Positions 52,922 to 61,756 of a stretch of 64,000 bases of DNA are shown here, in pieces (positions within the stretch are counted from its first letter, which is position 1; each line of letters starts with the position of its first letter). The position numbers and the translations under genes were made by a program. The notes under the pieces are model-generated. The model did not search any database and had not been told where the DNA came from. It worked only from the letters and a program-made list of their open reading frames with translations. The DNA is from a bacterium (GTDB lineage: Bacteria > Zhuqueibacterota > Zhuqueibacteria > Residuimicrobiales > Krinioviventaceae). Location of the stretch: NCBI GenBank assembly GCA_963674595.2, contig CAXXFV010000008.1, positions 1 to 64,000 on the forward strand. Direction: 5' to 3'.

Positions 52922-53041
52922 TGGAACATCAACCGATTGTGTTTCAGAAAATCCCGCAAAATGCCAACCGTACTGAAAAACAATCTGTTATGGCTGATAA
53001 ATAAATAATACAAATTATATAAAAACCGTGCAAGGTTTTTT
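52922..53041 (-). repeat. ~120-bp promoter+hairpin element, copy 2
   Basis: TTGCAC-17-TATTAT; stem arms identical to copy 1, loop differs. Confidence 0.9.
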
Positions 53042-53187
53042 ACAAGAAGGGTTGTAAATTTCAAGGTGTGTGTATTGAATACAAGTTAACAGGTGAGCGC
53101 TGGAAAGCCTGTGAGAGCGTTTTGTTGAAGGACAATATTTTATGAAATCCGTTATTTAAGCATATTATAAAACTAGTGTTAATCTGA

Positions 53188-53892
53188 TTATCTTTCTGAA
53201 AAGATTTTTTTATACATTTTATAATGATCTGTTTCTTTGTATTCGGTTAGTTTAACCGAATTATCATCGAAACTAAAAATCCTGGCATTTTCATATGTCA
53301 ACAAAATAGGAGAGTGGGTCGCAATAACAAACTGGGCATGCCCTTGCAGAGTGTTTTTTTGAATAATTTCCAGTAATGCAAGCTGACTTTTTGGTGACAA
53401 CGCTGTTTCCGGTTCATCGAGAAAATATATGCCTTTTATCTTGTAACGAGACTCAAAGTATGACATCATGGATTGACCATGGGATTGTGTAATAAGGGAT
53501 TTTCCTCCGAAATATTGTAGCTGCCTGGGATCAGCGGCTGCCCAACCATCGACAATTTTTCTAAAGTCATTAAAAATTTCTGAACCAAAGTATGCGCCGG
53601 GCACCTCTCCATTTACCCACTTGACGGAAATATACCTGAATAATTGTTTTTCGTAGTGATTACCCTGAAAACGGACACTTTCATCCCGGCTCCATATATG
53701 AACGTTACAGGCGAGGGCTATGGCTTCCAGTAACGTAGACTTGCCTGTTCCGTTCTCTCCTACGAAAAAAGTTACCGGTGACTCGAATGTCAATTGTTTG
53801 GTGCGATTAAAAATCGGCAAAGAAAAGGGGTAATAATTATCGCATGGGTATTTTTCATGATGCAGTGTTACACTGGAAATATGATTATTCAT
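53188..53892 (-). CDS. Stand-alone ABC/AAA_21-type ATPase
   Basis: GENGTGKST Walker A, SHGQ signature, LDEPE Walker B, ATHSP H-loop. Confidence 0.88.
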   Translation of the reverse strand: MNNHISSVTLHHEKYPCDNYYPFSLPIFNRTKQLTFESPVTFFVGENGTGKSTLLEAIALACNVHIWSRDESVRFQGNHYEKQLFRYISVKWVNGEVPGAYFGSEIFNDFRKIVDGWAAADPRQLQYFGGKSLITQSHGQSMMSYFESRYKIKGIYFLDEPETALSPKSQLALLEIIQKNTLQGHAQFVIATHSPILLTYENARIFSFDDNSVKLTEYKETDHYKMYKKIFSER

Positions 53893-54067
53893 TTTACTTG
53901 TTAACCTTTTTAGGGTGAATATGTTTTCTTTTTGATCGCCCGGGAATTTGTTCATTCGGACGGATTAATGAGTCCAACTCTCAATTTTATAATGTTCCAT
54001 TTAACGATGATGGTTTATATCTGTTAAGGCCGGACCTTTATTTTCCACCCCTGGAGGTCGGCTCCTC

Positions 54068-54180
54068 TGGACGATCAACCGATAGTGTTTCAGAGAATTT
54101 TCAAGTTTTTAACCGCTCTGAAAAAGTTTTAAGATAATGAATGAATAATACAAATTATATAAAAACAGCGCAAGGTTTTT
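54068..54180 (-). repeat. ~120-bp promoter+hairpin element, copy 3 (more diverged)
   Basis: TTGCGC-17-TATTAT; shares TCAACCGAT.GTGTTTCAGAGAAT...AACCG..CTGAAAAA. Confidence 0.85.
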
Positions 54181-54259
54181 ATGGAAAATAATTGTATTTA
54201 TTTAAGCCCGGGATGTTCGTAAAAATTATCAGATATTGCAGTAATAGTAAAAATGTTTG

Positions 54260-54302
54260 AATGCAAAAAAGGATGGTGGCAGACACCATCCTTTTTTGCA
54301 TT
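54260..54302. terminator. Bidirectional intrinsic terminator
   Basis: Perfect 19-bp inverted repeat AATGCAAAAAAGGATGGTG/CACCATCCTTTTTTGCATT. Confidence 0.88.
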
Positions 54303-54314
54303 ATTGGTTTGAAA

Positions 54315-56600
54315 TTATTTCACTAGCATAATTTTTTTTACATCGATAAACTCACATGCCGTTATTTTGTAAAGGTACAAACCACTTGGGCATATTGTTC
54401 CCTGTTCGGTGCGGCTGTCCCAAACTATGGAATAGGAGCCGGCCTGTTGGGTTTTACTTACCAGCGTTTTTATTTTTTGGCCTTTAAGATTAAATATTTC
54501 AAGTGTGACATCGGACTTTTTCGGAATGCTGTATTGAATTGTTGTTTCCGGATTAAAGGGATTGGGATAGTTTTGGGAAAGTTTGTATTGGGTCGGTAGT
54601 GTTTTCGGTGACTGTTTTGGGGCGACATCCGTTACGTTATAAGTATAAGAACCCACGTAAAAGTTGTCAAACTCGACCTCATTTTGCGTGTTAACTGAAT
54701 TGATGACAAATACACCAACACGACCGAGATAAAGGGTTTCTGTTTTTATTTCGCCCAGATAACCACCATTGCAGTAAAATTTGACAATGCTGTCCCGTGC
54801 AGCAACCTCAAGGATATTACATTGTTCCAGTCCCTGTTTAATAAAATCTGATGAGCCGGTAAGCATGGGGTATGCCCAGCTTTGGCCATCAAACATATCA
54901 ACATAAAAAGATCCGTTTGTTGAAACGTTAAAATAATAGGTCATGTCAGACTGGGGATCGTTTTTGAAGGCAATTCCGAACGGATCTGCCGTACCGTTTG
55001 TTTTTGTGCATTGAACATGCATGTTTAAGTTGAAAAAATTTTCATTAAGAAATGCATGTGATAAAAAGTCAGACTGGGGATTATAGTTCAGTTTATTATC
55101 ATTTACAGACCAGGCATTTGCGTCAGCCGGTGAGGATACCCAGTTTGACGGTAGTGTTGCACTTTGCTGGTTAAAGTGATAAAAATAATCTTTTGGGCTG
55201 GTTTTAACGATTAATACATCCGTATCCTGACCGCTATGCTCATTATTTCGATCAGGGAAATTTACGTTTGCAGCGGGAGCGTCTCCAAAGATATAAATAT
55301 TCATATCCTCATCGACATAAATGTCTGCAAAATGATTTCCTATAAGTGGCAGAACGCAGTCTTCTGTAATAAACCATTGATGCGTTCCCAGGTCTGCGTC
55401 AAAAAATTGTATAGCGAAAAAACTGGGTGTGCTTTTCGCAATTGTAATAATTTTACGGCACGGCAGCAATTTGGGACGGTCAACACAACCACCCCATTGA
55501 TTGGAATAAGAGTTCCAGTCAATATCGCCACTGTTTTCGTCAATTTTAGTCAGGTAACCATCTCCGCCATCAAAATTGTACGGCTCAATAATATCACCTT
55601 CCATGTTTTCTGAATACGTCCAACCAGATACCCATAGGTTTCCCAGATTGTCACCGATAATGCTGTTAGCATGATCGTTGTTTGAACCGCCGATATAAAG
55701 TGACCAGATGACATGTAAATCTGAATCCATTTTACATGCAAAAGCGTCGTAATAATCACCGTTTCCACCATGCCACTGATTTACCGCATTGGGTAAATCA
55801 TACGTTGTACCTGCATATTGCCAGTCAATATCTCCTGCCAGGAAAATATCCCCTTCACCATTGATAAAAATATCACTTGCCTTAACAGCTCCCTGTGATC
55901 CGCAATACCAGACAGATTTGACCACATTTCCGTCCGTTGTTAGTTTTGAAACAAAGGTATCCTGAGCGCCGGTAAATTCGTTTTCGACTTTTAAAAGTTG
56001 ATAATTATAGGAATAGCCGGTAACATAAATATAACCATCATACATACGCAAAGCATTCCCCTGTGAACCGTAGGAGCCGTTGGTGAGAAAGCGTGTCCAT
56101 TCAATTGAGCCGGACGTAGCGCTTAAACAGGATACATACGCTCCATAACCCCATCCTGGATTCAGTACTCCGGGAATATCATTTGCGTCGGATTTCCCGG
56201 TGACATAGATATTTTCCCCTTCAGGATCAATTGTAATACCGTTAACGGTGCTATAATTTGTTCCACCGATATAGGTAGTCCAGAGAATAGAGCCGTTTTC
56301 ATCTACTTTCGCTGCGAAACCGCAGGTATTATCCCACGGATGCGAATTGGTCCTGTTTGGCAGGTTTGCTGTTCTGGTTTCCCCAACGAGATAAAAATTG
56401 CCTTCTGCATCGGTATCTGTTTGGTTAATTATATCATATCCTCCCCAAAAGACATCGCTGCCGCCAATAAATGTTGACCAGTGTAATTGTAGTGAATCAA
56501 TGGCAAAAGAGGGTGTTGTGCAGAACAGAAAACAGGCAAAGGTAATAAATATTATCACCTGACTGTTGAATTTAAAAAGTTTTGAAAAATTGAGAATCAA
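54315..56600 (-). CDS. Secreted SBBP-repeat beta-propeller + beta-sandwich domain + FlgD/T9SS-type C-terminal domain
   Basis: TTG start after GAGGAGGT; repeated 'WSTFIGGS', 'IYVTG'; 'QNYPNPFNPET...SGLYLY'. Confidence 0.82.
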   Translation of the reverse strand: MILNFSKLFKFNSQVIIFITFACFLFCTTPSFAIDSLQLHWSTFIGGSDVFWGGYDIINQTDTDAEGNFYLVGETRTANLPNRTNSHPWDNTCGFAAKVDENGSILWTTYIGGTNYSTVNGITIDPEGENIYVTGKSDANDIPGVLNPGWGYGAYVSCLSATSGSIEWTRFLTNGSYGSQGNALRMYDGYIYVTGYSYNYQLLKVENEFTGAQDTFVSKLTTDGNVVKSVWYCGSQGAVKASDIFINGEGDIFLAGDIDWQYAGTTYDLPNAVNQWHGGNGDYYDAFACKMDSDLHVIWSLYIGGSNNDHANSIIGDNLGNLWVSGWTYSENMEGDIIEPYNFDGGDGYLTKIDENSGDIDWNSYSNQWGGCVDRPKLLPCRKIITIAKSTPSFFAIQFFDADLGTHQWFITEDCVLPLIGNHFADIYVDEDMNIYIFGDAPAANVNFPDRNNEHSGQDTDVLIVKTSPKDYFYHFNQQSATLPSNWVSSPADANAWSVNDNKLNYNPQSDFLSHAFLNENFFNLNMHVQCTKTNGTADPFGIAFKNDPQSDMTYYFNVSTNGSFYVDMFDGQSWAYPMLTGSSDFIKQGLEQCNILEVAARDSIVKFYCNGGYLGEIKTETLYLGRVGVFVINSVNTQNEVEFDNFYVGSYTYNVTDVAPKQSPKTLPTQYKLSQNYPNPFNPETTIQYSIPKKSDVTLEIFNLKGQKIKTLVSKTQQAGSYSIVWDSRTEQGTICPSGLYLYKITACEFIDVKKIMLVK

Positions 56601-56652
56601 GTTACACCTCCTCAGCTTGTTGTTACAGTATTTTTTTAATTACCGTAAAACT

Positions 56653-56785
56653 TTCAGCCGATTTACATATCGGAGGAAGTGGAATGATGTAAGATTAGAA
56701 TAATAATACCGGATCGGCTGAATGATGTGCAGGCTTTTAAAAGATAACCTTTATTAATAATACATTAACTTGATAAAAAAGGCAA
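56653..56785 (-). promoter_or_regulatory. Promoter + leader hairpin, possible diverged fourth copy of the ~120-bp element
   Basis: TTGCCT-17-TATTAT with similar spacer; 10-bp stem TTCAGCCGAT/ATCGGCTGAA. Confidence 0.5.
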
Positions 56786-56837
56786 GAACTAAATTGAAAT
56801 TGATGTGGGTTGTTGTTTTCGTTTTATTTTGTGGTTC

Positions 56838-57121
56838 AAACAATCCGAATGCCAATTTGACGGATTGTTTTAAATGAATTCATAAAATCGATTTTTATCA
56901 TTTGGGTCGGGTAAGATGGTTTCATAATAATTTCGTAGATATCCAGGGCGAATACAAGATTCGCCCCTATGGGGAATTATCATATACTTATAATCTGGTG
57001 TAATATCGGTTCTATTTATTCATTTTTATAATGCTTGAATTATTATATCGTAGGTGCAATCCTGTGTGATTTCCATGCAACATAGAAACATAATAAGGGC
57101 AGACGTAAGGTCTGTTCCTAC
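56838..57121 (-). pseudogene. Internally deleted RAYT remnant with REPs
   Basis: Aligns by eye to RAYT 3' end (51435-51530) and 5' end/upstream (51960-52070), joined by REP GGGCGAAT-ACAAG-ATTCGCCC; GTAG REP at 57097-57121. Confidence 0.85.
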
Positions 57122-58212
57122 TATGGCCGCCAAGCTGGTGGTGAACCTTCCATGATAGTAGGATAGCATCCCTTACCGGCTGTGTCTGCAATTAATATTC
57201 TTTTGCGATGATTTTTTAATATGGTTTTAAAGGAAATGTACTTGCCGTCGTGGGAAATATGCGGCATCGGCACATAAACACCGTAGTTTATACTTTCACA
57301 GATTTTGATCAAGTCTGTTCCGTCTGCCGCCATGGTGTAAAATTTAAAATTACCGGGATCTACCATTAAACCCCGCATGGAAATTACTTTCATATCCGGC
57401 ACACCACATAAATAGACAATCCTTTTGTCGTCATTTGCCCAATACAGTTTGTAAACAGCGTCTTTGGCTTTGTGGATATTGTTAACTTTAAAAGATTCCA
57501 TGTCTAAAATAAATATATCCTTGCCTGCACTGATTGCCGCTTTTTTGGAATTTCGTGAAAGTGCAAATGCTTCAACATTTTCAAGTTTTTGGATATTTTT
57601 TGAGGAATTTTTTTCAAGAATAGCAATTTTATTATTTCCCTGTTTATCAATTAAATAAAGTTGAGAATCATCAGCATATAAAATTTGCTGTTTTGATGGC
57701 AGACAAATGAATTTTATTTTTTTCCCTTTAAGGATTTGTGTTTTGTTACCGATTATCTCGATGAGATGAACACCCTTGCGATCAGAAACGATTAGCTCTT
57801 CATTGTTTATCCATTGTGGTGCTATTATATCGTTAAAATAGTTCTCATCACTCACATATAAATTATAGTCAAACTCACCCAGTTCGATTTGTTGATTTGT
57901 CGTTATATCATAACAACATAATAAAGACGGCTTTGTTGCTGTTAAAAAGGCTATTTTCCTTCCCTCTGGTGACCACGTCGAGATCAATGGTTTATTGTTC
58001 GTGTAAAACACTTCTTTGGATGTACTGTCGGACAATGTTGTCAGATAAAAGTGATTGTCCTGAAAATTCAGCAATTCATAATCGTTGGCAAGAGCCTCTT
58101 CAAAGATTGTTTGGTTAAAATATTTACTGCTTGAAACACAAGCGGTAATTATTAAGAATATCGTAAATAGAAAGAGAAAGAGGTTTTTTGATTTTAGCAT
58201 TTTACTTTCCAT
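57121..58212 (-). CDS. TolB-like beta-propeller lipoprotein
   Basis: Lipobox 'ITAC', 'WSPEGRKIAF', 'ADGTD', terminal 'PAWRP'. Confidence 0.75.
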   Translation of the reverse strand: MESKMLKSKNLFLFLFTIFLIITACVSSSKYFNQTIFEEALANDYELLNFQDNHFYLTTLSDSTSKEVFYTNNKPLISTWSPEGRKIAFLTATKPSLLCCYDITTNQQIELGEFDYNLYVSDENYFNDIIAPQWINNEELIVSDRKGVHLIEIIGNKTQILKGKKIKFICLPSKQQILYADDSQLYLIDKQGNNKIAILEKNSSKNIQKLENVEAFALSRNSKKAAISAGKDIFILDMESFKVNNIHKAKDAVYKLYWANDDKRIVYLCGVPDMKVISMRGLMVDPGNFKFYTMAADGTDLIKICESINYGVYVPMPHISHDGKYISFKTILKNHRKRILIADTAGKGCYPTIMEGSPPAWRP

Positions 58213-58232
58213 GTTTAATTAAAAATTTAATA

Positions 58233-59252
58233 TTATTCAACAATCACTTCCACACTGATGATATTTTCATCAAAATCACCGAGATATTGTTTTAAGGTTC
58301 TGCCATAGTTAAAAGCCAGGAATATTGGGAGTTTTTTAGACAATTTTTGCGGGGTTTTAAAGCCCATACCATAGGTAAATCCGGTATAATTGTCTTCTTT
58401 GTTTTCCAGTTTAAAATTATAACCCATTCTGCCATACATGTATGAGAAAAATTGTAATTCAAGACCGGTGCCGAGACGGTTCCAATCGTATGAATAATAT
58501 GTTTTTTCTGCTAAAGTTTTTTGATATTCAACCGTCCCCAGTAGCCCCAAATTCAGTTCACTGAAATCTTTGATATAATAAAGACCGCAACGAAAGAGTT
58601 GCATAGGTTTTGATAAAATATAGGGTCCTTTTTTTAAATCACCTCCTAAATTTGTTATCGATAAACCCAGTCCCCAAATTTCTTTTTCGGCTGTTTTGTG
58701 CCTGCATTGTATGCCGACATCAAACCATAAAATGTTTTCTTTGTTCGGATCCAGTTTTTCTTCATAGTATTTTGCATTTGTGCCTATTGACAATGAATTT
58801 TTACCTTTTACTATTAATCCGGATGCAGAAAATGAATAGATCTTAATTCCGGATTCATACTTGAATATTTTGGGACTATGTTCTGTTGTATAGCTGTGTT
58901 CTCCCAAATTCAAATAAAGATAGTTAACGGCAACAAAAAGGTTTTTATTTATTCGTAGTGCCAGTCCCAGATTTTCCTGGTTATAGCGGCCTTTTTTATC
59001 ATCAATTCCGTATTTTATTTTTGGATAATGCGAATAGCTTATCATCGCTTTTTTCATAAACGACAAACCTGCCGGATTTGTGTATATGGAAAACAACCCT
59101 TCACTATAGGCCGTTCCGGTCAGGCCCAGAGCTGTTCCGCGTGCATCGCTTGGTCTGAATGTATAGGGGATTTCCAGGATGTTACTCTGTGAAAAAAGAT
59201 ATGATATGTTGAGCAAAGACAACAATGTCAAAATTAGCATTTTTTTATTCAT
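58233..59252 (-). CDS. PorV/PorQ (UPF0164)-like outer-membrane beta-barrel, paralog 1
   Basis: 'ARGTALG...A......IYTNPAGL', 'SITNLG', 'R.GY', 'TYG.G'. Confidence 0.75.
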   Translation of the reverse strand: MNKKMLILTLLSLLNISYLFSQSNILEIPYTFRPSDARGTALGLTGTAYSEGLFSIYTNPAGLSFMKKAMISYSHYPKIKYGIDDKKGRYNQENLGLALRINKNLFVAVNYLYLNLGEHSYTTEHSPKIFKYESGIKIYSFSASGLIVKGKNSLSIGTNAKYYEEKLDPNKENILWFDVGIQCRHKTAEKEIWGLGLSITNLGGDLKKGPYILSKPMQLFRCGLYYIKDFSELNLGLLGTVEYQKTLAEKTYYSYDWNRLGTGLELQFFSYMYGRMGYNFKLENKEDNYTGFTYGMGFKTPQKLSKKLPIFLAFNYGRTLKQYLGDFDENIISVEVIVE

Positions 59253-59340
59253 GATTTACCTTTCCATGTTATAACTAAATCCATACAAGGGAAAACTGAT
59301 GTTAACTGAAAACATGTCATTTTTTTGATTGATGAATCAA

Positions 59341-60345
59341 TCATTCCAGTTTAATTTCAATACTGAATACATTTTGATTAAAAGAATGATAATTCTTGAG
59401 CCCTTTGCTATAATTTAACGCAATGTAAATAGGAATTGAGTCGGAAAGTTTTTTGGGTGTTATAAAGCCTATACCATAGGTGAAACCTTGCTGCTTATTG
59501 TCAACGTTTTCCAAATTTATATTATAACCGATTCGGCTGAATAAGTGATTAAAAAACCGCATTTCAAGTCCCGTGCCGATACGTGACCAGCGATATTGAG
59601 GAGCGTCTTCATCTCTCAGGCTTTTTTGGTATTCAACGGTCCCTAGTAGTCCAACAGGAGAGTTTTGGATTTGTTCTTTAAGGATTGAACAACCGATACG
59701 TAATAATTCCAAGGGTTCGAGAATTACGTAATCATTGTCTTTTAAATCATTTCCCAGGTTTGTTATGGATATTCCAAGTCCGAATGTTTCCTTTTTAGCT
59801 GTTTCATGTCTATACTGAATACCGATGTCAAACCAGTATACATCAACTTGATATGAATCAATTTTTTCATCATAGTATTTGGCGTTCAATCCAATGGATA
59901 ACGTGTGTTTTTCGTTTTTTATCATTAAACCTGATGCCGATAGGGAATACATTTTAAAAAAGGAGTGTTCCTTTTTGGAATTGTAAGAGCTGTACTCACC
60001 ATAGTTGAGGCAAAAATAGTTATAAGCGAGAAACAGCCTTTTAAAAAGTTGAAAACCGATACCTGCGTTGTCCTGATTATACCGGCCTTTGTCATTAACG
60101 TTGTATTTTGTTGAAGGGTAACGGGAATAGCAAATATTTGTTTTCCCTATAAATGATAAACCTGCCGGATTCGTATAAATAGAAAACATTCCTTCACTAT
60201 AGGCTGAACCTGTTAAACCCAGAGCTGTTCCCCGAACATCATTCGGTCGGATCGTATGCGGAAAATCAAGAACAGCTCCCTGTGGAAATAAATAATTTAC
60301 ATTGAATAAAATCAGAGTTATAAGATACAGCATTTTTTTATTCAT
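59341..60345 (-). CDS. PorV/PorQ (UPF0164)-like outer-membrane beta-barrel, paralog 2
   Basis: Same motifs; clear tandem paralog of 58233-59252. Confidence 0.75.
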   Translation of the reverse strand: MNKKMLYLITLILFNVNYLFPQGAVLDFPHTIRPNDVRGTALGLTGSAYSEGMFSIYTNPAGLSFIGKTNICYSRYPSTKYNVNDKGRYNQDNAGIGFQLFKRLFLAYNYFCLNYGEYSSYNSKKEHSFFKMYSLSASGLMIKNEKHTLSIGLNAKYYDEKIDSYQVDVYWFDIGIQYRHETAKKETFGLGISITNLGNDLKDNDYVILEPLELLRIGCSILKEQIQNSPVGLLGTVEYQKSLRDEDAPQYRWSRIGTGLEMRFFNHLFSRIGYNINLENVDNKQQGFTYGIGFITPKKLSDSIPIYIALNYSKGLKNYHSFNQNVFSIEIKLE

Positions 60346-60635
60346 TGTTGTCCCTTTCCGATTCGATGTTAAAAAATATAGCCGTCCCTGGAATTGTTAC
60401 ACTAGAAGAAAGTTATTTATTTTTACGGTCATTTTCAGAGATAAATTTCCCTGTGAAAAAGCATCTCTTAAAAGTGGTATTTTGAAAAAAATGAAAATCC
60501 AAAAATAAAAAAAGCATATCTTTTGTGGAATAACAAATAATATGCTTTAAAAATCTATCATTTAATGAACCCTTGTTTTAAAATATGTTTATATTAATTT
60601 AAATGTTTTTATAAAAGTTGCAAGTGAAATAATTA

Positions 60636-61079
60636 CTAGTTTGAAATGCAATATCCTTTAATAATGTTGTTTTGAAAAATTTTTTCTGAACGTTTACCAA
60701 AATAATTAAAGAATATTAAAGCAGAAATGTCTTCATTAACCCAGCTTTTCCCATCCCACGCCTGAACAATAACTTTATAAACGGAATTTCCGGCATGTTT
60801 TTCTAAAATTCTCATATTTTTGCTTAAAAGGTCTCGTAACATGCCGAAAAGGAATGTACTGTTTTCGCTGTTAAACAATAGTGATGAATGATGGTGATCT
60901 CCTGCACAGTAATATATTTCATTCTTGTTAATTCCCCAAAAGACATCGAATCCCATACTGTCTTTTTTGTAAATTTTAACGCCTAAAATTTTATTATTAG
61001 ATATCCATTGATAATCCAATTGAGGATGATAATCAAGAAATTCTTTTGTCATTTGTTCAAAGATACTTGTTGTTTCCAT
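60636..61079 (-). CDS. Hypothetical protein
   Basis: Open frame co-directional with neighbours; no recognised motif. Confidence 0.55.
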   Translation of the reverse strand: METTSIFEQMTKEFLDYHPQLDYQWISNNKILGVKIYKKDSMGFDVFWGINKNEIYYCAGDHHHSSLLFNSENSTFLFGMLRDLLSKNMRILEKHAGNSVYKVIVQAWDGKSWVNEDISALIFFNYFGKRSEKIFQNNIIKGYCISN

Positions 61080-61108
61080 CTTATTTAACCTTTGGTGTGG
61101 CGCTGCTG

Positions 61109-61540
61109 TCAAATGTTTTGAGGAAACCTTTTCCCCATGCTTATTCGTTGTTCTGTTTGATAACCGTTTGCAAGATAGAATTTTTCTACCTCTGCATTAT
61201 CTTGCATGACTTGAAGGTTCACTTTCATACATCCCAGGTTTATTAGTTCCTGTTCCGCAAAAGCCAATAACTGCGAACCGATTCCCTGTTTTCGATAGGC
61301 AGGCAGGACGGCAACAGCATATATCCAGCCGCGATGTCCATCGTATCCTGCCATAATTGTCCCGATTACCTTTTGGTCGTCCACAGCGACAAAAAATAAT
61401 CCGTCATTAGTTTCAAGTTTTTTGTCTATAACCAGTCCCGGTTCGTTATGACTGGTTGCATATCCAAAAATCTCTTTCCAAACTGCCATAACCTGAAACC
61501 TGTGTACTGTGTTATTAAATACTTTTATTTCATATTTCAT
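61109..61540 (-). CDS. GNAT acetyltransferase (YpeA-like)
   Basis: 'MAGYDGHRGWIY', 'RKQGIG', 'GC.KVNLQV', 'ISMGKR'. Confidence 0.88.
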   Translation of the reverse strand: MKYEIKVFNNTVHRFQVMAVWKEIFGYATSHNEPGLVIDKKLETNDGLFFVAVDDQKVIGTIMAGYDGHRGWIYAVAVLPAYRKQGIGSQLLAFAEQELINLGCMKVNLQVMQDNAEVEKFYLANGYQTEQRISMGKRFPQNI

Positions 61541-61756
61541 GAGTAGATTCTCCGTCTTGCAAGTATATAAATTAATATTTTGAAACTCTGAATTATAACA
61601 TCTGGTTTTGTAAAGGTGGTCCTTAAATTAATTTAATCGGTTTAATCCAAATAACAAGGATTAAAATTTGCTGCAATTAAATGAATTTAATGGGTTGAAT
61701 TTGTGCCAAATTTCATATACCTTGAAGCAGGTTGTTTGACCAATTTTAAGGCATCT

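Noticed and set aside
53150-53175. Possible Xer dif/pdif site (ATTTAAGCATAT...)
   Set aside because: Only a loose match to the XerD arm and no XerC arm at 6-bp spacing.
51265-54180. Repeated ~120-bp elements as a CRISPR array or integron attC sites
   Set aside because: Too long and >1 kb apart for CRISPR, with no cas genes. They sit 5' of genes, contain promoters and lack RYYYAAC/GTTRRRY ends.
53938-54218. GCCCGGGA direct repeat flanking element copy 3 as a target-site duplication
   Set aside because: Only 8 bp, not adjacent to the element ends and absent around the other copies.
61695-61710. TGGCAC on the minus strand as a sigma54 promoter for the GNAT gene
   Set aside because: No TTGC at the -12 position.
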